A stretch of DNA of 64,000 nt from Macrostomum hystrix (taxonomy: Eukaryota > Animalia > Platyhelminthes): the NCBI GenBank assembly GCA_950097015.1, contig CATNEN010000001.1, positions 10,664,001 through 10,728,000 on the forward strand. The letters are read 5' to 3'. The notes below the pieces were generated by a model, which ran no database searches, was not told the DNA's origin, and saw only the letters and a list, made by a program, of their open reading frames with translations. Shown piece by piece: positions 56,390 to 64,000 of this stretch (within the stretch, counting starts at the first letter, position 1; every line of letters starts with the position of its first letter). A program made the position numbers and the translations under genes.

Positions 56390-59300
56390 GACTGGCTGCA
56401 ACGAGCTAACTGCTGATCCTCCTGACCCGAGGACCTTGACACAGCGGGATCAGTCGCTCGCAGGCAGGACTGGCTGCAACGAGCCAGCGACTTCTCCCCT
56501 GTTTCCGAGAACTCCTCAACAGCAGGATTCGGTGTCTGCAGGCAGGACTGGCTGCGACGAGCGGACACTTCCTCCTCTGTCTCCGGACACACCAGAGGTT
56601 CCGGATCTGGCGCCTGCAGGCAGGACTGGCTGCAACGAGCGGGCACCTTCTCCTTCACCTCTGAGCCTTCCGCCACCACCTGAGTTTGCACCTGTGCCTT
56701 GGCATCACAGCCCCGCACCCAGTGCTCCTCCCTTGTGGCTCCCTGGCTCCAGCTACCTTCAGTAGCTACCGTCTGCACGGCGGCATCCACAGTCTGCAGG
56801 CAGAACTGGCTGCAACGAGCTGACTGCGGGGCCCCGTTGACAGGTGCTTCCCGCCTCACAGGCTGGCCTGCGGTCGTGTCTTCCTGACACCCTTGCAGCA
56901 CCGCCTTGTCTTGGCGCACCTTGACAGGCTCCAGGACCGGCTCTTTCACCAGTCCCTCAGACACAGCTGCTTCCCATCCTGGTCGGCCGTCAACGACATC
57001 TTGAGCCTTGGGTTTCACAGCTCGCAGTGGCTCTGCGGCTTCGTTGACTTCAACCTGTTTATTGTCCCCTTCCTGTCCCTCCTCCAGCTGACTCGAAAAT
57101 TGGCGGGTGCAAGCACTCGCACCGAACTGGTTGTGGGGTGTCACCACCCCAAAAGAACAATTCACCGGATTATCCGGCTTTCTCGACATCGAGTCAGCAT
57201 TTTGGTGAGACTTTCCAGGACGATGAACAATGGTGAAGTCAAACTCACTCATTCTCTCAACCCAACGGCCTAAGATGCCTGTCGCCTCGGTCTGATGCAT
57301 GAGCCACAGCAGGGCCTTGTGATCGGACCGGACAACAAACTTCTTGCCAACCAGGAAGTACCGGAAATGCCGCATCGAATCTACGACTGCCAGCAACTCT
57401 TTGCGGGTCGTAGTGTAGCGGGTCTCCGGCCCTCGCAGCTTCCGGCTGTAGTAGCCAACAGGCCTTTCTACTCCATCAGACTGCAGCTGATTCAAACAAG
57501 CCCCTATGCGGTCATCAGAGGCATCTGTGTCCAGGACGAAAGTCACCTTCGGGTCAGAGGTGTACTCCGGGTACGCCAGTACCTCCGTTGAGCACAACGC
57601 ATCCTTCAATCCCTGAAAGGCTCTCTCATGCTCTGTCTTCCACAGACCCTTCAAGCTGGTAACGTCCCGCTTAGTGAGCTCGTGCAATGGTGCTGCAATC
57701 CCTGAGTAATTGCGGACGAACTTCTTGTAGTACTGTGCCAACCCCAAGAAGCTGCGCAATTCTTTGGCGCTTCGAGGTGTCGGCCAGCCTCTGAGCTCGG
57801 CGATCTTATCCTCGTTCGTCAGGATGCCTTCTGGTGTCACCACATGGCCTAAGTAGTGCAGCTCCCTCTTGAACAGGTGGCACTTCTTCGGCTTCAGCTT
57901 GAACTGGGCTTCACGGATTCGAGTCAGCATCATCCTCAGATGCTCCAAATGGTCGTCAAAGGTAGGCGAGTGGACGAGTATATCATCGATATACCCCAGC
58001 GCCACCTTTGGCGTCAGCCCCTCCAGCAGCTTGTTGATGCAGCGCTGAAAGGACCCTGCCGAATCCGTCATGCCCATCGGCAACACAGTAAACTCAAATT
58101 GACCTCCGTGGTGAACCGAGAACGCGGTCAGGTGTCTATCCTGCTCTCTTAGCGGGATCTGCCAGAAACCCTGTGCAAGATCGAGGGCGGAATAGTATTG
58201 CGCCCCTCTCAAATGCTCAAAGGTCTGCTGTATGTCTGGCAGCGGATAGACGTGCTTCAGGCAGCGGCTATTCAACTCGCGATAGTCTAAGACAATCCTG
58301 ATAGTCTTGTCTTTCTTAGGGACAATCAGGAGAGGCGTGTTGTAACTGGAGAATGTCGGCTTGATGATGCCTTTCGCCAACATCTCATCCAGCATCTTGT
58401 CCAACTGTTCCATCAAGTGAGGCGGGATCCTCCTCGGTGGAATGCGAACTGGAGTGGGATCTGTCACAATGATCTCGTGAGTGACTAAGTCAGTGACACC
58501 ATGGTCCAGGGGATGCATTGCGAATGCCTCGCGGCACTCTCTCAACATCTCCTTAACCCGATGCCTCTGCTCCTCGGTCAACCTCTCACAGATCTCCACC
58601 TCATCTAGCCATGCCCCATCGCTCTCCAGCCCTTCTGCCTGAACCTGCCTGACCGGCGTCTCCTCTAGCTCTGGTAGATATTCGAGTTCGTCGGCCTTCA
58701 GTGGCCTCGCTAGCCCTACAAGACCATTGCGTCGAATGACCGCCGGGAAGCAAGAGGTATTGATGACTTCAACACACCCTGTTCCGTCAGCCATCGTCAG
58801 CAATGTCGGGGCCATCTCGACCTGAGACGCCCCTGGCTTCAGTCCTGACCTCAAGGACTCAACAAGCAGCGGCGTGCCGTGACAGTCAGTCCGGCCACCC
58901 GCTAGCTTCACCGCTACGAGCATCGAAGAGCGCGCTGGCACAGTGGTCTGCTCGAGTGAGTAAACCCGACTGGCCCTCGCCTCTCGCCTCGTGAACCTCA
59001 GCGGCACTTTCGTTCCAGACTTCGTGGTCAGCATCCCCTTTGGAAAGTCAATCTTCTGGGTGTGCTGGCGGATGAAATTAATTCCTAGGATGTTCTCGTG
59101 CTCGCCCTTCGTCACGCAGAACTCGACGTCTACAGCGTAGTCGCCGAGCCTGACCTCAAAGGCGACTCGCCCTAAAACCGGCAATCGAGAACCATCAAAG
59201 TTGCACAGGGCACTCTCTCCTGTCAGCACAGCGTGCGGCACTACATGCCGCAGAGATGCCCACGTCTCACTTCCAATCAGACAGCGCCTGCTCCCTGAGT

Positions 59301-59502
59301 CTAGGAGAAAAGGCACCGTCTTCTTAGAAACCATCGCCGTCACATAGGGGTCAGCGTTGGAGGCATACCAACGCTCGAGGAAGCTGGTGCTAGGAGAGCC
59401 CCTACCCTCTCCTCCAGCTGACTCCTCAGTCTCCCTCAGGCCCGTCCAGGAACTGGACTGCGAGGGGCACTGCCGTCCGTGCTCCTCGCCGTCCCGTTTC
59501 CC
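56390..59502 (-). CDS. pol: Pol of element 3 (protease, RT, RNase H, repetitive linker), truncated
   Basis: FLLDSGS, VLDYRELN, YIDD, VLDTDAS, RSDHKAL; the frame runs on through filler to a stop at 56344. Confidence 0.93.
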
Positions 59503-60713
59503 GACGTCTGAGTGCCTTGGGCCTGCAGCTCGGACTGCTGCCTGGGCTCTTGCCGTTGCTCTCTCGGGTACCCCTGAGTGTGGTGCTCGAAACGCGGCTT
59601 GGGTGGCCTCGTCGGGCAATCACGCCTCAGGTGTCCGAACTTCCCGCAACCAAAGCATGCCCCTCTTGGCGGCGCCGGTCCTTCCTGCTGCACGGCTCCT
59701 TGTGGTCGGCTGAGCGCCTGGACCAGCATCTCCTGCATCTTCTGCTGATGCTGCAGCTGTTGACCCTGGACCTCGACCATCTTGGTCATCAGCGATTCGA
59801 GTCCCTTCAGCGCAGCGGTAACACCTTGCGGTGGCGGCCGCGCATTCAGGTCCCCATCCTCGCCGTGTACCATCCGAGCCGGCCCATCCTTCGCCCTCTG
59901 GACTGCCTCGTCGACCACCTCTAGGCGCTTTAACTCTCGCCTAGCTTCCAGGAGTGTCCTAGGGCGAGTCCGCAGCAGGTGCTTGCGGTTCTCAACCGAA
60001 GTCCGAACTCCCTTAATAAACTGGTCGACCAACTCATAGTCCAGGTCTCTCTGGCGAAGGTTGGTATAGGCCTGCTCACCGAGTCCCTGCAACGCATCAG
60101 CATAGTCATCAAGCGTTTCCGCTTTCTTCTGATAGCGGTTGCGGAACTCGTCTCGGTACTCCTCAGGACTGCTCAGCTGCGCGAATCGCTCCACAATACG
60201 CTCCTTGAATTGGGCATACGTGAGCTCTTCGGGCAGCCTCATCCTGAGGACGGCATTCAGGCACTGTACATCGAGGTGGTCGAGTAGAAGGGCCTTGCGT
60301 GTCTCCGAACTGCGAATCGCAGCCCGGGCGCAATACGCTTCAAACGCCTCCACCCACAGATGTACGTCCTGACCCCGAGAAAACTTGGCAATCTTCGCCG
60401 TCCTACCTTGTTGTTGTTCCACCTGCTTCTCCATCAGGTTGAGCATCCGGTACACCAGGTCAGCCGTCGCCCTGTCGTCCAGCCTCGGTCGTCGTCGCCT
60501 TGCTGCCGCCGCCGCTCCTCGGTCGTCCTCGCCGCCGGACTGGTCGTCGTCGCCGAAGTCGCTCTCGCTGTCCTCGCCGTCGCCGACGCAGCCGTTTCCG
60601 CGGTCATACCATCTTGACCGAGCTTCCTGCAGCGCACAGCCACCGCGAGACTCCTTGCTCCGGGCTACCTGCTGCCTCTCCTCCCTCTCAGAATCCAATT
60701 CCTCTTGGGACAT
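59436..60713 (-). CDS. gag: Gag of element 3 (capsid plus one CCHC knuckle)
   Basis: FRNRYQKKAETLDDYADAL capsid motif (similar to element 1 Gag); CFGCGKFGHLRRDC. Confidence 0.94.
   Translation of the reverse strand: MSQEELDSEREERQQVARSKESRGGCALQEARSRWYDRGNGCVGDGEDSESDFGDDDQSGGEDDRGAAAAARRRRPRLDDRATADLVYRMLNLMEKQVEQQQGRTAKIAKFSRGQDVHLWVEAFEAYCARAAIRSSETRKALLLDHLDVQCLNAVLRMRLPEELTYAQFKERIVERFAQLSSPEEYRDEFRNRYQKKAETLDDYADALQGLGEQAYTNLRQRDLDYELVDQFIKGVRTSVENRKHLLRTRPRTLLEARRELKRLEVVDEAVQRAKDGPARMVHGEDGDLNARPPPQGVTAALKGLESLMTKMVEVQGQQLQHQQKMQEMLVQALSRPQGAVQQEGPAPPRGACFGCGKFGHLRRDCPTRPPKPRFEHHTQGYPREQRQEPRQQSELQAQGTQTSGNGTARSTDGSAPRSPVPGRA
59460..59502 (-). promoter_or_regulatory. -1 ribosomal frameshift signal (element 3)
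   Basis: G GGA AAC (59502-59496) in gag frame, 6-nt spacer, stem GCGAGGAGCAC/GTGCCCCTCGC (10 of 11 pairs). Confidence 0.87.
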
Positions 60714-60751
60714 GGCGTTCGTTTCCGCAGTGAATGAGTAAAAAGGCTAAC

Positions 60752-60775
60752 TCGAATCACACCGCTTTGCCACCA
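60752..60775 (-). promoter_or_regulatory. Primer binding site, tRNA-Leu-like (imperfect)
   Basis: TGGTGGCAAAGCGGTGTGATTCGA versus expected TGGTGGCAGCGGTGGGATTCGA: a 2-nt insertion and one mismatch. Confidence 0.75.
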
Positions 60776-60776
60776 A

Positions 60777-61430
60777 TGTTGTACCTGTGGTAGCGTGGCA
60801 CACACAATTGGTAAAAATAACCAAGACAGGAACTAGATTCCGAGAGAGATTTTACCGGCCTCAACACTGATTGCTTCGTAGCAGTGGAGCAACCCGGTAG
60901 TCAGGCTAGATTACCTAATTTCCTCGGTCCTATTTAGGCTCTAGCAGTATTTTCTACTACTTAGATTCCCTGCTTCTGAAGCCTGGCGATGTGCAATGCT
61001 TCTAAATGCTACACACGGCCTTGCTTCACAATAATGTTTAGCAGAACAGATACACAGATTGCAAAAGACCACAATCGATGTGAAACGCATGAAGACTGGA
61101 GGACAGAAACGTGCCATATTCATACAGAAATCGTGCTACCATGATAACAACACCATCTCAAGGATTCGTCGGACTGTGCTCTACTTATAGTAGGAGCATT
61201 TGAGCGTTGTTATGCCAGTCTTCTTCCGAACTTAAGCGATTGCACCATGGTGTGCAATGTGACTCAGTGCGCAGACAGAGCTGGAAAGAGAGAGAGAGAG
61301 CGGAGGGGGTGGCGAGCGGAGGTGACAGTGCACGGGAAACACTAACTACCAACCCCTAGCCCTCCCACAGACCTAGAACAGCCTGACTCACAGATTGCCT
61401 GGAGGCTGCTCAGCAGTCTACAGCACATCA
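60777..61430 (-). repeat. Probable 5' LTR of element 3 (~654 bp)
   Basis: On the minus strand TGATGT (61430) ... ACAACA (60777), 1 nt before the PBS; composition shifts to AT-rich after 61430. Outer boundary not confirmable without a second LTR. Confidence 0.65.
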
Positions 61431-62146
61431 ATATGAATACTAAAAATTATATCATAGAAGAGGCAGATAGTAATATTGAATTGATGCAGGTGAATTAGTG
61501 CAGGTGAATTGTGGTAAACGAACGAGCAGAGAGGAAAATCGTTTAAATTAGACGAACTTTATTTAGCGCAAGCACAACTTTAGTACCAACTTATTACTTT
61601 TTTACTCATCACATTACTAGATAAACGAATTCACTTCTTATTTTATTCGCGCTACAAATAATAAAAAATGCGAAAAATTTATTTGTTTTACTAATATCAA
61701 CGCAACATTCAATAAGCCGAACGAACTGCTAAAATAATATTGATCAAGTTTGCCGCACGTTTCTCTTGCAGGTTGCATATGGATTATGGATTCTAGCGAA
61801 AGCCTATTGCCCGGAGCCGCTGCAGGACGTTCTGCTGCTGACGCTGCAGGGACCGCGCAGGCGTGGACAGGGTCGCACGGCTCGCTATATCGACCGGCTG
61901 ATAACATGATAACTAATCGACCATTTTATAAATCGAATTAAAGCAAAGTCATTGCATTCTGTCGCAAAATGCTGTATAATCGCACGAGTTCAACCTACTG
62001 AAACATCGATTTAGTTAATTTATCTACAAATATTATATATATTTTTAATAAAAGTGTCTGAGCTTTTGTGTTCTGCTACAAAGTAGGGAAACCGTGAGAC
62101 TTTCTGGTATTTTAGGTCTTAATTTGATCCCTTTAATTTAATCCCT

Positions 62147-62355
62147 TCATGGTCTTCGTTGCACTTGCTGTGGACTAGGATGTCGTCAACATCGGTGACT
62201 ACAAACGGCATGTCTCGGAAAGTAGCATCGACGAACCGTTGAAAGGTGCTCGTTGCGTTGCGCAACCTGTATGCAATCCGTAAGGTGTGCATACTGCGGT
62301 CTTCTCCGTGTCTTCATCAGCGATTGGCACAAAATGGTACGCTTTTATCAGATAG
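62147..62355 (-). pseudogene. Old Gypsy reverse-transcriptase remnant
   Basis: LIKAYHFVPIADEDTEKTAVCTPYGL, then after a frameshift LRNATSTFQRFVDATFRDMPFVVTDVDDILVHS. Confidence 0.88.
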
Positions 62356-63314
62356 TTTACGTCGTTCAGACGACGGCCAACGCCTGACTGCTCTAAAATC
62401 ATTACAGTTATACGCTCACACAAGTAAAATATAATAATCTGAGAGTAGTAACATAGTTTTTTATAGACGGACATACAAACGAGGACTGCATTACATTCTA
62501 CATACTGAAATACGTTAAACGGAATGTTATACAATGACATACGATTATGCAGAATAGTCGCACTTACTATACTTAAGCTGTAGCATGTAAGCGCATGAAG
62601 AGCGCAACTCTTCTATTGGCATGTCACCGGTAGTACCGCTGCTGCGAGAGAACGCATACTAGAAAGAGACCAAACGGTAAATAACGATTTAACTCGCGTT
62701 CAACTTGGTATTCGCATGTGGGCTAAAGCGCTTAAAGATACCTACTGAAGCGAAATTCGTCCGCTCTGCGGCTCCGCTAACATCAGGGGTTTCAAGGATG
62801 ACTATTTTGCGATCTGGCAGACGAAGTACAAATGAGGCACTGCCTCATTTTGCTGAAAATGCTGATTCTTGCCTTCATTAATCTATTGTTCCTAAAGCGA
62901 GCTAAACTACCTTCGAAATCTGGGCACTTCACGCTCTGAAGGTCTGAACCCAGATCGAATCGATTCTTTCATTTGCACGTTTGATGGAAAGCAGTGCAGC
63001 CTTTCCAGTCTGAATCTATCAAGCTCAATTCTTTCGCTCGCGACTTCAAGCGGCAGGGATTTGGTACGAAGTATCTAAAGGACAAAGTTCAAATGCAAAA
63101 TGACAATATACAACACTTTCTACTTCCTAAATTTCTATATTTCTATATTTCTATCTATATTGGTCATGCAATCTCATGCAATCTCATCTCAGCATGTCCA
63201 TCTCACTCTCAGCCTCTGATCTCTCAAAATAGTCAACAGCAGCACTTGCACATGCTATTGCAGGGCTACGACTAGGAGTAGGACTAGCAACATCATTGTT
63301 TTTCCAAGGCAGAT

Positions 63315-63466
63315 GTTGTGCTTTGTTTTTAGATGGTCAACTAATCCTTTGTGGAACCACCTTTGGCAGAAAAAGATTGCTTACAGATCTTGCATCTTGC
63401 TGAATTAGGATGTAGCTTATCAAACTACTTCCAACAGGGAGAAGTCAGCTTGTTATAAGCAGGCAT
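63315..63466 (-). pseudogene. BED zinc-finger remnant (probably hAT transposase N-terminus)
   Basis: SPCWK*FDKLHPNSARCKICKQSFSAKGGST, then after a frameshift LVDHLKTKHN. Confidence 0.75.
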
Positions 63467-64000
63467 TGAAGATGCTGAAAATGATGGCAATTGGCAAAGA
63501 TGCTGGCTGTGACTACATACAGCACTCAAATTTGCTTTAAAAAACCCAACCTCCACCTATGAATATCCTAAAGTTCAGAACGTTTGTTTACAATGTACTA
63601 AATCCAAATAATACTAAATCTCAGAGATTTATCTCATATATGATATGAATATGACACTATTTTCAAAATAATATAATGAGGATACACTTCAAAAAATATT
63701 TTTATACCAAACATTAAATGTTAACTTAACATTAGTTTATGGTCTTTGAATCCCTAGTTAGTAGTACAAAATATTATAAAATTATATTATACTACATTTT
63801 TCAAAAGGTTATAAGTGTATCATATATGTATAACAATATTAAAGTAAGGATTGAGAATGATTATTTTATAAATCTATATGAATTTTATTAAAAAATAACT
63901 AGCCTTTATTTGCTAATAGACTACTAGTACTACTAAAGAATAGGCCTAGCCTATGTAAACTATAAACTTATAAAGTTGTAATTATACACTTAAAATATTT

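Larger units (their letters stand above)
56390..61430 (-). mobile_element. 3'-truncated Ty3/Gypsy retrotransposon (element 3); integrase and 3' LTR absent
   Basis: Probable LTR, PBS, gag, -1 frameshift, PR-RT-RH; breaks off in the linker after RNase H at 56390. Confidence 0.93.

Noticed and set aside
56390-56820. CRISPR-like repeat-spacer pattern
   Set aside because: Lies in frame within a eukaryotic retrotransposon pol; no cas genes; spacers about 53 nt and one much longer. Reported instead as a coding repeat.

Overview
Repeat-dominated eukaryotic (animal, probably invertebrate) DNA; spliceosomal introns and eukaryotic tRNA primer sites are visible, but the species cannot be fixed from sequence. 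About 20 kb is minisatellite (13, 21, 32, 25, 11, ~16 and 22 bp units), which explains the very long low-complexity ORFs. One intact host gene is present: a 4-exon, 403-aa secreted protein with a PAN/Apple-like region and an ALK/LTK-type glycine-rich domain (18702-20172, -). The rest is mobile DNA. (1) A complete young Ty3/Gypsy element (3197-10064; 431-bp LTRs, tRNA-His PBS, -1 frameshift, 4-bp TSD) inserted in the 13-bp satellite. (2) A decayed Helitron/Helentron gene (AT-hook-OTU-Rep-PIF1) with a solo LTR in an intron. (3) Merlin, piggyBac, hAT-BED and Gypsy-RT remnants and two MITEs. (4) A truncated minus-strand Gypsy. (5) Most notable, a young 13-kb Gypsy element (43210-56347) with 2.37-kb near-identical LTRs. 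Its single ORF fuses capsid directly to RT-RNaseH-integrase with no recognisable protease or zinc knuckle. It has duplicated structured motifs in both UTRs. Its 3' region hides a complete antisense three-exon gene (CCAAT, TATA, GT-AG introns, AATAAA) for an 82-aa C-terminally membrane-anchored protein that the ORF track misses.
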